In this document: positions 47,771 to 61,667 of the stretch, in pieces
Position numbering within the stretch: position 1 is the first letter of the stretch
Layout of the letters: each line of letters opens with the position of its first letter
Source: Phoronis australis
Taxonomy: Eukaryota > Animalia > Phoronida
NCBI GenBank assembly: GCA_002633005.1
Contig: NMRA01000003.1
Coordinates: 2,344,075-2,408,074, forward strand
Length of the DNA: 64,000 nucleotides
Reading direction: 5' to 3'
Program-made: the position numbers and the translations under genes
Notes under the pieces: generated by a model
Seen by the model: the letters and a program-made list of their open reading frames with translations, nothing else
Told to the model about the DNA's origin: nothing
Database searches by the model: none

Positions 47771-49687
47771 TGATCACAAGGGCATAGATTTTCTTTGGGT
47801 CTGACTGCTGTGGTGCCCCCTAGTGGCAATTTTTCCCAGTACCTCAATATTTACCAAGTTCCTTGATGGATGTTATGGTGACAATTTAGGTTTTCCTTGC
47901 CTATGGCTCTTTATCAGGTCCCGCGATGCCTTGATTTAGGGCTGAATATCAGTCCCATTCCTCTGTGAAGTGTATTTAAAAATTGTGTGAAATTACCTCC
48001 AGGTCATAAAGATGTATTTGCTTGCTCCTAACTATACTAATGTATAGCAGGAAGTAAACTACAATGCCATTTTAACATAATGTACGCTAAACAAATTGTA
48101 GTTGTATTCATTGAGAACTTGTAAATGTGAAAGCAGTAACTTCTGCTAATAGGTGACCTTTGCACTCATGACGTACCTCGCAGGCTGACATAGCCCGCAT
48201 CATGTAGATTCCCCAACACCACTGTGTCACGATACTCAGTGGACACGGTTCAGTGATTTGCGGCAGATCATCTTCGCCACAAAACTCATTTTTAAAAACA
48301 TTTGGCAATTTTCAACCTTCTTGGTATTCATGTCATCGCTGTGTGTTTTTCTAACTAATTTGGCCAAGCAATCACAGAGATAAGGAATTAGCTTTCAAGT
48401 TTCCCTTTAATATTCCGTTCCAATTCCTATCAAGGTTAGTATCACTTCTTCAAAGCATTAGTTTTGGTTGGCTACTAGACGCAATTGCATATACAATGTG
48501 TTGTATCGACCCAGGGGGTAGTGTAGTTGGTGTTTGGTACTGTGACAAAATTCCTTTCAGCCAAAAAATTCCTCTCTCGGAAGACATAAGCACCTTACCC
48601 CTTAGGTGAGCAAGGGCCCTGATGATAGATATTCATGAAATTTGGCAAATAAGTTTCTATCGAGGACCGTCAACACTTGCCTCGTTTCTGATAGATTTTA
48701 GTTATGCTGCACTGCACATTGGCCTTTTTACTTCTGTATTATTTGATACTAATGAACACTCCCAGAAGATACTGTTTGAGGGTGCAGTCCTGGGTGTATT
48801 TTAATCCTTAGTTCTTTTGTTTATCAGATTGGGAGTGACAATAACAATCAACAGACAATCGTGTGCAAATCGTGTACAAATTGGCATGACAGTCAACTGC
48901 AGATCATCGGGTGAGCGACTGCCGATATCAACCTACATTGTTTGATATTATGATCCACTGCCATTGAAATTCAATAGGGTATTAGAAAAATGTATTTGCT
49001 CGATGATGCACTGATTACTAGTTTTTTATGAGGTTGCCCTGTTGATTCTCCCAATGATCTAGCGACACCTGTTTGGCGTCGTATGTATTCCCTCTACCTT
49101 GACCGTTGATAGCGGTGTTGATGATGTATGACAGAGTTCCCAGGGGGACTGTGATGAAACTATGTTAGCTGATCGCTGGCCTATAACTTAGTGCAAGTAT
49201 GGTTGCTTTAGCCTGTCTGTTTTCTTACATCAGAGCACTAAAACTTGTGTGCTAAGTTGTTCACCTCCAACAAATTGGTTGCTCATATTAGTGCAGTCAG
49301 TGACTGGTCTCATGAGCCAATTAAAAATTCCAGCGCAATAAAAACCACCAGTAATGAGCAAATATTGGTTTTTAAGACGACTTGAAATAACGTGCTTTCC
49401 CATTAGAGGCGAAACTTCGCTTTTACCAAAATTTCGGTAAGTTTACTCACTTCGAAAGTGGCAAACTCCAACAACCGACGAAATTACTGCAGTCTCAATT
49501 ATTCTCGTGAACATATCCTCAAGACTTGAAAGAAAGTCTTGGTGATGAGTTCGTAAAGTTCTGTAAATTGCTAAAAATGGAGCTAGGTAGTCATAATGGC
49601 AGCCAAAACATTCAAGGTCCAATAAAGATACAATGTATCAGTTTATAAAGTCTGGAGCCATGTTTTCCAAAAGTTGAAATTGTTTTA

Positions 49688-50169
49688 AGGGCTTTTCATA
49701 CTAACGTCGACGCGTCAGATGGTTTGGGGAGTTGCGATCAGTATTAACGCTTAACTCCGGTCCTGGATCGTAGTTAACATCTCCAGTTAACATCGCAGTT
49801 AACAGGTGGATTTAATAGCATAGCGTCGACGCTGCAGTGCAGTATGAACGGTTAACTTCGGTCCAGTCGAAGTTATCGCCAGGTGCCACTGTTATTGTCA
49901 ACAGTTACAGGATAGTGCCGTCACTAATAGCTGCTTATATTTTGCTCTAATAATAACCAGTCGATTTAAAAATAAGTTTTATGTCATTTAGCACATGTAA
50001 ATGTTTCCAAATTGTCACATTGATTGCGATAACTTCGATGACGACAGCGGCACCAACCGCTTATTTCGATGTTCATTAGCTACCGAAGCCAGTTTGAACG
50101 GTCCAGTTAACTTCGCTGTTTACGTCGATGCTCCGCTCAGACCAGAGTTAAGTCAATATGAAAGGGCCT
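49688..50169. mobile_element. PIF/Harbinger-like MITE, copy B
   Basis: TTA|AGGGCTTTTCATACT...AATATGAAAGGGCCT|TTA (3-bp TTA TSD). Homologue of 23594-24045. Confidence 0.88.
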
Positions 50170-53100
50170 TTAGTGCTTAAAACCACCAATACCATATCAA
50201 AAATACCAAAAAACCCTACCTGTCGATCAACTGTCAAATTAGAGCACCCGAAATTAGCTGATCTCCATTTTGAGCATTTATTGGTCGATACATATTGCAT
50301 AGAATCGGGACGACCAATCACTGCCATTGGTCATCCTTTCATCCTGTTTGCTGTGAAAAGTCATCAGATCAATCATTGCCGTGCCTGTTTTTTCATAACT
50401 GATAGTATAATAAAGAAGAGAATAGATGTGACCGTTGTAATATGCAGTGTTATGAAGGTTTAATGATGCAGACCACGTAGTCATTTGTCATAACAAGTTA
50501 ATTGGCAAGAATCTACCTGCCTCTCTTGATTACTAATTGCTACTGTGAATGCTCATTTTCAAGACTAGACTGATGAAAAATAATCTTAGTATCATCACGC
50601 GTCAGACAAGGTTGAACAGCCTCGCACTGATGAGTTTTGAACACGAACTGTTACATAAACGTTGACGTTTCATCTATAATTGACCATTTCGTCAATGCGA
50701 AGTGCAGAAAATGGCATTGTAAGCTGACCAAATGCAAGGACCACCTTGGACATTAAACTGCCAGGTGAGCTGTCTGCCTTAAGTGCCGAACAGCAGCTGA
50801 GGTGACAGGTCACATCAAGGCTTCAAGGACAGAATGAACCAGTTCATGCAACTATATACTAGTTTATTCAATCATTGTCACATTTTCACACCTTGGCATG
50901 AGCAGTCGTCTCGGCTATGGTTCATTTAAAACTGACTGCTCAGCCAGTCGCTTCAGTATCTTGTCGCTTGCAGCGGCCCTAGGTGTGTTTTAAAACTTTG
51001 TCAAGTGGGTGTAGAAGTGGTCTCAATTGATTTCCTTCTTAAAAGTGAAAATTACACGTATTTTGCTTTTGCTTTGAGATAATCGTTTTATGAACATTTG
51101 AGGAGGCCCCCCCCTGCCGGCAATTGCGTAATCTGACCCTGATGATTACTCGCACAGAGGCGATAGGTAGAAAAATGCCGATATGTCGTCAAAGCTGTAA
51201 AGGGAGATGCAGATTTGGAAAACATCAAACATTCACTGCGATCACTGGCCAGGATACTACTGAACACTGAATCTGGCTATTTCCATTATAATGTCATTGA
51301 TGTGATCGAAGTCGGGCCAATAAGTGGTTAAATGGTGGGAGGCATTCTCGGCAAATTGCAAGTACTTCACTCGTTGCAAATCTGTTTTTATATTTGATTG
51401 CAAAGAGGTTGCAGAGCATATTTTGCATATGCGTGCTTTAATGGCAGGATTAATTTTACTGCAAGACTTATGATTAGCACTTGGAAATTCAACTTGTGCG
51501 GACGTAATTTTTGGTTATCGAGAGCAATCGAACAGACGTAAATGTCAAGCTCTATAATGTTGTATTCCTATAAGAGAAACTCCAGTCTATCGAAACTTCA
51601 TTGCAGCTTCCCTTAACTTTGAATTCCTAGTAACTCCCCTCTGCCAGAGATTTTGGAGTTACGGCTTAGTTCTAGGGATTAAACACCAGATGGAATAGTT
51701 AATTTGTACTGAATTAAGTACACGTTTCGCATGTCATGACCTCTAACAATTACTCTAATTAGAATGGAGTTAAATTTTTCCATTGTAGGAGAGTAGTACA
51801 ACTCCGAAGTTTAATCCACCAATTTTGAAAGCTTTAATTCTTGTTTAAGTCTGGGAGTTGCCATTTTCCAGACTGCAACACCTCAATGGAGTTGCGGCAT
51901 TGATGCGAAAGCGACATAAGTGTCTCCCTCCCTTGGGTCCTTGAAACAACTACATTAAACACTCACTAAGCATATCTCTTGAATGCACTAATTGAAAAGT
52001 AGACTGGTGTCATTATTTCGTAAGTGATTAAGCGGTGGAAAATATGTCGAGCATGAATGAAAACCACCCATTTCTGCGTAGTCGATAGGGAAGACATTCT
52101 TACTTTATTTTTTGCCCCAGCTATATTTATAGTACCGTTGTTGTCATTTTAACATGCTACCTATCATCAACAAATTTGAAATTAAATTAATTATGTTTTA
52201 ATCGTGAGACATTAACACTTAGCCTGATTGATTTTCCTGGTTTAATCATGAAATTACGTTTACAACACCTGATTCTAAAATTGTTATGTTCTGAAGCAGA
52301 CTTGCTCTGTTCAGCATAATGGTTTCAATTTATCTGGCCATTCTCAGCGAGATGCTCCCTTATTCACCTTGACATGTTTAAATCATGACCTTTTTGTTTT
52401 TATATTGGACTATTCCTCTCATGTTTATCAGTTGTCTTTTGACAGGACAGTCATAAATGATAGGATTTTGTGAACTTTGCTCAATTCCAGTAATGTATAA
52501 CACAAGCACTTGTCCCATGTCATGAAGCTAGCCCCTGAACTTTAGCTGACTATCCATGTGACTCTTCTTTGACCCTCCATGGCAATTTTATTCCTAATTT
52601 CATGTGGCCACCAGGAGTAATGACGACTGTATTTCCTGTCGCGTCACTTTTTAATTGTCTTTCACCTGCATTGTTCTGTTTGCTGTTTTTTTGCGAACAT
52701 CTTGTGCCAACCTGGGCTCAGATGTTACATAGAAAGCCTGGTGCAATTAACTGTTAAGTGATTCCAGCGGCTTGTGTAGCTTCAGGTGAATTGATTGCAT
52801 TAATGGTAAGGTGTCTGGACTCATGTTTGATTTTGCGGTGATTTGCATAACCTAATAATCTGTTTTTGGGTCTATTTTTGTTTTGTGTAAAATAATATTT
52901 GATTTCTTTTACTTGAGCTTAATAGCGACACTAAATGTATAAAGTGTATTCTATGTCAGAAAAAGATTTAAATTGTTGAAATGTCATGATTGCTAAACCA
53001 TGTACTCGCTAGGCTGAGCATCCTGACAGAGGAAAGCTGGCTATTTGGTTTTACAAGAAATCAGCAATGCCTCCAATGTATGGTCCACCCTTTTGATTTA

Positions 53101-53243
53101 TGTTGCCGTCTCCAGAAAAAAGGAGAAAGTCGGTTTCTGTCCTCCACCAAATATTCAGACTAATGGATCGAGGAACACTATTAATTTGTGGCAAAATTGA
53201 AAAAGGCACAGGCCTTAATTATTAAAATCATTGAATTAGCATG

Positions 53244-53458
53244 AAAAAAGTAGGAATCGCAGGCGGTCTAGCATGTTGTACAAGACGCATGTAGGTCACT
53301 GATGTGGGCCCAATGGCACTGATCATCGGGAACCATTTTATATAGTAAAACCGAGCTGAAGAGCTAGAGAACTGACTCAAGGGTCTAGCAGTGTGCCCCA
53401 ATGGGACTTGAACCCCCGAGCTTGAGTGAAGGAAGCGGACCACCGGGCCACACTGCAT
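53244..53458 (-). mobile_element. tRNA-derived SINE with intact-looking Pol III A and B boxes
   Basis: A box TGGCCCGGTGG (53440-53450), B box GGTTCAAGTCC (53404-53414), central gacccttgagtcag motif and a terminal T6. Second copy at 8921-9115. Confidence 0.75.
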
Positions 53459-54687
53459 CTTCCAAAATATTGAATTTGCATATCACTTTCGACCTTGTCT
53501 TCACTGTTCCTCCATTTGTAAACAAGGATTATCTCATTCCGATTTTGTGTGATATCATTGAATAGTAACTGAAGCCAGCTCTAAATTGCCATTAGTAATG
53601 AATGAAATCATTGAGATTCTTCCCAATTCTGATTGGATGAAATGTGTGCTGTCATGAACTGCTGTATATTTATTTTCACTACTGGATCACTCTAAAGGAC
53701 CTGGGTTGTTTGGAATGACATCTACCCAATGTACTTGCTATGTACTGGGATTCTTTATAGGTGGTTTTTCAAAAACTTCAAATCGATCTGCTAATGACAG
53801 TTGTCATAAGCTAAGGTAATTAATTTATAAATAATCCTTTGAAAACCTCGTGAATGGATATTTTTGCAAACTACTTTTGTTCTCAATTGCTTATTTGCAG
53901 TTTAAACATAGTGGTTTTACTAGTGTTGGCCTATGTATCAGCCACTGCTTAGTGTTGCGAGGTTTGTACAAAGTTGTGAATGGAGCACCAATGCGTGCCC
54001 ATAACATTGAAATCTTAGATTTAAGTTCTGTCTGGTCACGCAGCCATAGGTCTAAAAACCTCATCATTTTGCCTCCTTTCAAAAACTAACTCATTCAAAT
54101 ACAAAGCAGTGCTAGTGTTTCTCTAGAGATGTTGGGGACAGTATAATATACTACTAAAATTACGATTGGTGCAATCAATGAAATCGGTACATGACGGAAT
54201 TACTTCCTTTTGTTAAATCCGACGAGCAGGACTAGGCTATCACCTGTCAGTCTCTCTTCAGGTCGACCTGAAGCGGAAATGGGATACTTTCCATTAACTT
54301 GACGTACCCCAGTGTGAACTGTTACCTTAAAAACATGCCTGGTTTTCATAATCCTGTTCAGATGGAAACTAGTTTGATGCATTTCTTAGAAATACTTGTC
54401 CCTGGTAAAAGAACGCTACTGTAAACTCTCGCACCAATTTCAGACAAAGGCGTTTGCCAAAATTGATATTTTTTCATTTCTTAAAAGTTTCTAGCATGTT
54501 GGAAAAGCCCTCAAAATCTCTAAACATTGTCTAATGGTAGGCATGGTATAGAAATAGAACAAAATATGAAGTCCGTCATGTTAACGCTCTACATTGGTAA
54601 TTAATAGAGAAAGTCACAAAAACTACTGATTTGTGCAGGATGCGCTCATGGCATAAGTTTGAATCGTTAAGAGAACTTTTTTTAGTA

Positions 54688-55792
54688 CCGTAATCGTTCG
54701 GGTTAACGCCCTGGGCGGTTAAATTGGCGAACCCAAAAAATCGGGGGTGGGCGGTTAACTAGACATGGGCGCTTAAACGTGAAATTTCAAGAAATCGGGG
54801 GGGGGGCGGTTAACTGAACATGGGCGCTTATTACGACAGGCAACCGCCCTGGGCGGTTAATCTTACCTTATGATCTGAGTCACCACACGTACTAAGCCAC
54901 ATACTGGGATCGCCTAACACTTTGAAAAGAACTTTATCGCCACCAAGTGCGTACTCTGCGCACTCTAATTAACAAATAGTTTCGAAAATGTAGAGTGTGG
55001 TCAAACTCCGAACGCTTGCATAGAAAGTTTGCTACATAATATGGCGCCTCAGGTGAGACCGATTATTGCGAANNNNNNNNNNNNNNNNNNNNNNNNNNNN
55101 NNNNNNNNNNNNNNNNNNNNNNNNNNNNNNNNNNNNNNNNNNNNNNNNNNNNNNNNNNNNNNNNNNNNNNNNNNNNNNNNNNNNNNNNNNNNNNNNNNNN
55201 NNNNNNNNNNNNNNNNNNNNNNNNNNNNNNNNNNNNNNNNNNNNNNNNNNNNNNNNNNNNNNNNNNNNNNNNNNNNNNNNNNNNNNNNNNNNNNNNNNNN
55301 NNNNNNNNNNNNNNNNNNNNNNNNNNNNNNNNNNNNNNNNNNNNNNNNNNNNNNNNNNNNNNNNNNNNNNNNNNNNNNNNGTGTAGACGCCAGCGCGGTT
55401 CCTAAAGTTTGCGAACATGAGAAGAAAAGAAAGTGACAAAGTGTTCAAGTATTACATTTTGAAGTTAATCGATGACCCGTTACAATAATTTGTTACTGGT
55501 ATCATAATTCACATTGCTAAACCGCGGTCTCTGAGGCCGTCGTTGCACTCAATGTTATCATCGATCTTAATCTAAAAGGTCGGGGATTCGCGTTTCCTAT
55601 TAGCACAGGGCGGTAATCACCAATCGTCAAAAGTAGGGGATGGGCGCTTAACCGAGAGGTGGGCGCTTAATTGGAAATCTTCAAAAATAGCAGGGGGGCG
55701 GTTAACCGAGCAGTGGGCGGTTAAATCGAAAATCCACCTAAAGTAGGGGTGGGCGGTTAACTGAGCATGGGCGTTAACCCGAACGATTACGG
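54688..55792. mobile_element. Young Tc2-like non-autonomous DNA transposon containing an assembly gap
   Basis: TA TSD, perfect 24-bp TIR CCGTAATCGTTCGGGTTAACGCCC, and repeated GGGCGSTTAA subterminal motifs. Confidence 0.92.
55073..55380. other. Assembly gap (308 N)
   Basis: Run of N. Confidence 1.
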
Positions 55793-58606
55793 TAGTTACG
55801 ATCTCCTTGTGATAAACATTGTACAGTATGTTACAAAAGTATTTGGGTAAAATTCCGTTTCCCCCCCAGCCATGAAGGCTAATTGTGTTTACCGCAAAAA
55901 TGATTAGTAATGGCTATTAGGCAGTAAAATTTTGATTACAGAATGGCATCCATTCTTAAGTACTTCACATTCAGTACATATAGTGTGCTAATACTGTCCT
56001 TCATACTGTGCAAATACAGTTTTTAACAACTAAGTCATCTAATATCTCGCTAAATCATAGTCATATGAGGGAAATCGCATTGTCATGGTATAATTTCAAG
56101 CCAAAATAAACAAAATTTCTCATCAAAACATATTACACATGCATTTTAGAATAATACATCCGATTTTCAAAACATGCAATCTGTCACTGAAAACACACCC
56201 TTGGGTGTACTTTTGAAAAAAATTCCAAAAACACCCATGGTCGTACTTTTGGTGGTCCTATTTTCTGAAATTCCTGGTACCTTTCTTTTTTCCTAAATAT
56301 TACTAAAAAAGACATGGTCATGTGACCCAATTAGAGGGAGATTGGTTTAAAGGTAAAAAATGAAATTCTAAAGAATTACTACTTCAGAAAATGTAAACTT
56401 TTTTCTATAGTTTTGTGATGTGATGTTTGGCTACAGGTAAATATGTAGATTCATAGATAATACTACGTAGCACCTTAGAAAAATATCCAAGTTTGTCCGA
56501 CTTCGGAACATCATATCTCAGAAATGGTTTTCCAGATTCCAATGGTACTTTCAAATGGTAAGCTTTATGCTCTGTTTTCCAACTCTCTGTTAGGAATTGC
56601 TTTTGACGTGTTTACTTCTGCATGAGGGATCATCAAAAATAGGACATTTGGGATTTTTCTGAAAAAACATTTTTTAAGTCGCATAAAATGAAAATGAAAT
56701 ATTTTAGAAAACTGTAAGAGGTTTTTTGAGGTGTCATCTTAAATATTTATATCCAATAAAATTTCATGTTATTGATACAATGGTTTTGCTATCAATGCGT
56801 ATCTTTTTTGCTAAATTTTATTGGAAAGATACTATCAAGTGACACAGTTAATGGCAGTTTTGTGCGAATCGAAAGTCGAATTCTGCAGTCTTCATATTTT
56901 CAAAAAATATGTACTTTTGTTGAATTAATCTTTAGTTTTGTAAATATTTGGCTAAATATGCAAATTTATCAATATGGTCCTGCATAACTTTAAAGGTGAA
57001 ATTTATTGCCACCGTGGAAAGAAAACTTAGGGATAAGTTTGTGAGAGCCACATTTTATGTTTGGATTGTCAGTGTTAATGAAGTCAAACTATTTTATGAA
57101 CACTTAAGGCCAAATAAAATAAAACAATTGTTTCTGAGCCTGTGTCTTTTGAAAACTGATGTAGTTATGGGGAAAGGGGTGCTGATCGCCACTCAAACCC
57201 ACACCACTTGGCTTTTTGAGACCCGCTTTTAAACTCAGTCAAACAGAGGTGATTGCTGCTAAATTGCCAAGACAATTTGTTAAACAAGCTACCACAGATA
57301 AGTTTGCTTAGCTTTTGAAAAAGATGCTAAAGTTGATGCAGGCGTGCACTTTTTCTTTAAACAGCAGGTTTCAAAACGAGTCATGTTCAGACCAAAAGCT
57401 ATTTTTTTAACCTAATCTTTCAATGCCCATGCAAAGGTTAGGCAATAACATGTTCAATACGCAATTGCATTTGAGATGAGGAAATAGTAAATGAACTTGA
57501 TCTTTATTGATCTGTCAGATGTTAGCTTGGACCTTTTGCAAGTTGTTCATTCCTCTGCCTATTTCTTGCAATTATCTGGTTTTGAAAGTTCAGTTGTCTA
57601 ATTAATTACTGTGATTGCTCTGAAGTTGTTTGACCACAGAAGGTACGTTAAGGAAATGTTTAGATTTTTTTACATTATTCGTGCTTCTAAAACCCACTAC
57701 AAAGGCTGTTAATTGAAGACGGAAGGCATGCTTGCCTAATTATTAACCTCGCTGTTATGAGCTGGGTTATGATTTATTGGTATGTCCGGTTTTACATTAA
57801 ATTTGAAACTAATGCACTATTAATTGGGGGATAATTATGTAATGACAGTCACTATGGGCCATGCATGCTATGTCTACTGACTGTGTACACAAGAATCATT
57901 TCAGGTCAGGTGTTTGTATTGCTGACAGACTAGAACTCATTGTCCAATGTCTGACAACACCCAAGGGTCGTTAAATTTACATTAATGGTGAGAAAATGCA
58001 GAATTCAACTCATAACCCTTGCTTCCTTCACAGTCCAACACTTTGCTTGCTGTGAAAACCTTAGTCCGTAAATGACGCTTGAGTATTCTAGTCGTATTTA
58101 GCTAGTAAATGTCTGGCAGATAACGGTGAGAATTGGCGATTTGCCATAGAAATCACAAAAAACTACCGATTTTATTAGTTTATAGGTCAGTTCAAAGCTA
58201 ATAAATGAAGAAGTCATGTCCCATCCGACAACAATTATCTCTCAAACGGGTTTTTCATCTGTAAAACTAATCCTGTCTCTTCAGAATACATCGTTACAGA
58301 CAGACACAAGAGTTAACCAAAAAGGAAAACAATAATAAGCATAACAGGCTATGACGTTAATGGTTGTAGTTTCGGATGAGCGTCATGTCCGGTGAAGCCC
58401 TCATTAAGTTGGCTAGGATGCCATTTATCAGCAACGGTAGGGGTGTTCATAAGTTTATGATGGAAATCATTTCTGCACAGTACTGTTTGGGTACAAGTCG
58501 TTAATGACGGGACTAATGACAGTTGTCTCGATTATTATTGGCTGTGATGGATTCATCATTATGTGCAAACAGTTCAGGATGTGTTTTACATTTGTAAATT
58601 AATTTA

Positions 58607-60301
58607 TTATTATACGCCCTCATATTTATATTTGGACGCATTATACCGTCATCTCCGTCCGTCCGGCGTGCGCTGCTCTATCTCCAAAACCCCTTAATTT
58701 ATGTTCATGAAATTTTGCACATGTGTTCCTTCCATGGATGGGATGGCATGTGCGAACTTTCGGACGGATTCGAGTACCAGTGTGCCCCGTAGTGGCAATT
58801 TCAGTTTTTTACATTTACCTCTGTATCTTCAAAAGTCCTCAACGGATTTTCATAAAATTGAGTATGTAGGCACCTATTAGTGAGATGATGCTATCCTCCC
58901 ATTTTCGGATGGATGCGACGTAGTTTGCGCTACCGAGTGGCCTTTTTTACTGTTTTCGAGTCTGTTTTTTGCGTCCACCCCTCTATCAACCAAACCGCTC
59001 AAAGAATGATTTTGAAAATTGGCATGTACGTTCTTACTATGAAGTGGATGACTGATGATGATTTTCCGAGGACTTCGAGTACTGTGGCGCCTCCTAGTGG
59101 CGTTTTGTTTTTTTGCGCCTATGCCTATATCTCCTAAACCATTTGCAGGGTCTTTACTAAATTTAGGAAGTGTATTCATATGAATGTTAACAACGGACGA
59201 CGACTTCGACTTTTGGACAGGTCTGATTACTAGTAGCAATTTTGTTTTTTTTTACGTTTACCTCTCTATCTTTAAAGGTTCTCAACGTATTTTCATAAAA
59301 TTTGGCGTAGAGGCATCTGATAATTAGGTGATGCTATCTCTTCGTTTTCAGATGGATTCGACGTAGTTTGCGCCACTTAGTGGCTATTTTTACTGTTTTC
59401 GAGTCTATTTTTTGGCGTCCACTTGTCTATCAACCAAACTGCTTTCAGGATAATTGTGAAAATTGGCATGTATGTTTTTACTATGAAGTGGACGGCTGAC
59501 GCTGATTTTCTGACGACTTCCACTACTGTGGTGCCTCATAGTGGCAGTTCTATATTTTTTGCATTCATGACTACTCCTAAACCGTTTGCAGGATCTTTAC
59601 TTAAACTTAGCAAGTGTATTTATGTGTTCTTGACAACGAACAACGACTTTCGGACGGAGCTGACTTCTGATGCCCCCTGGTGACAATTTTAGTTTTTCAC
59701 GTTTAACTCTGTATTTTGAAAGGTCCTCAACAGATTTTCATAGAATTTTAAATATAGGCATCTATTGGTGAGGTGACGCTATCCTCCTGTTTTTGGATGG
59801 AATTGAGGTATTTTGTGCCACCTGGTGGCCATTTTTGCTGTTTTTGAATCTTGTTTGTGGCGTCCACCCTTCTATCAACCAAATCATTCTAGGAATGGTT
59901 TTAAAAATTATCATATATGTTCTCAGTGTGAAGGGGACGTTTGATTATGGTGGCTGACTACCGTGGGGCCTCCTAGTGGTAGTTTTGTGCCCATAGCTGT
60001 ATCTCCTAAACCCACTGCAGGATCCTTATTGAATTTAGTAAGTGTATGAAGATAACAAAAGACAACAAGGACTTTCAGGTGGATCCAACAGACGCTGTGC
60101 ACACAAGTGGCAATTTCATTTTATTCTGGTTTCCTTTGTTTCTCTGAAGTTCCTTGACTCAGTTTTATGAAATATGGCATGTTTTTGGATGGATTGTACG
60201 TTTTTGCGCCATCTAGTGGCCATTTTTATGATACAATTAAATAACCCTAAAACCACACCGTTTGCGATGCATTCGTGGGCACATTTCAACACGTGCTTGT
60301 T
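58607..60301 (+). mobile_element. HINE/DINE-1-like element, copy 2, with an expanded internal array
   Basis: Same 5' module, (GTCC)n and 3' module as copy 1. About 11 internal monomers arranged A-(B-C-D)x3-E. Confidence 0.9.
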
Positions 60302-60581
60302 TCTGTCAGGTGCATCAATGACCTCCAATAATGCGAGGAATTATAATTAAAAATGCAAGTTAATGATTATGGTGTTGAATCTATTGTCAGTTTTTTAACA
60401 ATGTTTGTGGTTTGTTAAACCATATAATTAACTGAAACAATTCTTAATGCTTGACTTGGCAAACATAGCGTTTTGTGAATGTAAGCAGATAATCGTAACA
60501 TGTATTAATTTCCTGAGTGAGTAGGTTTCTTATAAATTCCCGGTAATTGAAAATGTTATGATGTGTAAGACAACAGAAATA

Positions 60582-61365
60582 CAGGGTGACCCCCAAAAAG
60601 TGTTATCCACATTTTCGCGTCTTAAAATGTATTTTTAACGAAATCAATACCAGACTTTATAATCAAAATTATTATGTAGAATAGATAAGATTACATTTCT
60701 ACCAAAAATAATGGTTCATTACCATTTTAATGCCTGTTTTGCCAGCACACATGTAGGCAGCATAACATTTTTATGGCTATGTAAACTCAAATAACAATGT
60801 CTGTTGAGGTACAGTATGTCATGTCACCTTGTAATTGTGTGTTAGACAAACCTTTGTGCTCTTCATGATGCGCAGCCTGGGTAGCCATGTCAAAACATGG
60901 CATTACTGACCCTTGTTAGTTTGAGGATACCAATGGCCAATTTTGGTAATGGTCAATTCTGAATAATTATCTTGCAGTGTTTGGGAAGTTTTGGGAAGTA
61001 TTTGCTGAGGAAAGGGGGTAATAAAAGGCTATTGAGCAATGGTTTCATAGCATGGGGTCACTCTTCTAACAACTAATGTGACACTGACAGAGATTTGTGA
61101 AAGATATGACTTAGAATGGACTGCACACTCTCTTGGTTTGAACCTGCTTAATGTCTATTTATGAAGGTAAAAAATGAGAAAAATTACCTACAATAAGACA
61201 TTTAGTTAGTGATCATTGGCCTGAACTGCAGGCTTGAAACGTCATGCTCAACTAACAAAATGTCTCCTAGTAGTAGTTTTGATTCATGACTAAGTTTGGT
61301 GGTTTTCTGTTCAGAAATAATTATTTAACAAGCAAAAGGAGGGTAACATCTTTCGGATCACCTTG
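60582..61365. mobile_element. mariner-like MITE
   Basis: TA|CAGGGTGACCCCCAAAAAGTGTTATCC versus right-end reverse complement CAAGGTGATCCGAAAGATGTTACCC, followed by TA. Confidence 0.75.
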
Positions 61366-61667
61366 TAGTTTGTGTCTGCACAAGTATCAGTTAGAAATTA
61401 ATGTTACATTTCCTAATACAATCGTTCTTTTAATATTCCTTACGGTGTTAACACTTGTCTTTTATTGCCAACATGAACGTTGAAACAATTAACGACTCAA
61501 GAAAACAATTCGGATCTTTTGTTGTTGACCAAGCCTAAATCTGGAGATTCAAAAATGTACTTAGTGTCAGTGACTTAAGAGTTGCAAGTTCATTTGGCAA
61601 CTATTCCAGATGGAATGAGCATGGGGTTTGCTTTTGCTTTTGATTCCTTTCATCATTGACAGCTAAA

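Noticed and set aside
53400-53458. Functional tRNA gene
   Set aside because: A and B boxes are present but there is no full cloverleaf, and homology to a second copy extends well past the tRNA-like head, indicating a SINE.
55029-55448. ORFs of 106-138 aa spanning the N run
   Set aside because: Artefacts of translating an assembly gap.
58877-59683. Repeated similar ORFs (also 46308-46650) suggesting a repeat-protein family
   Set aside because: They are translations of HINE tandem monomers; frames and stops differ between units.
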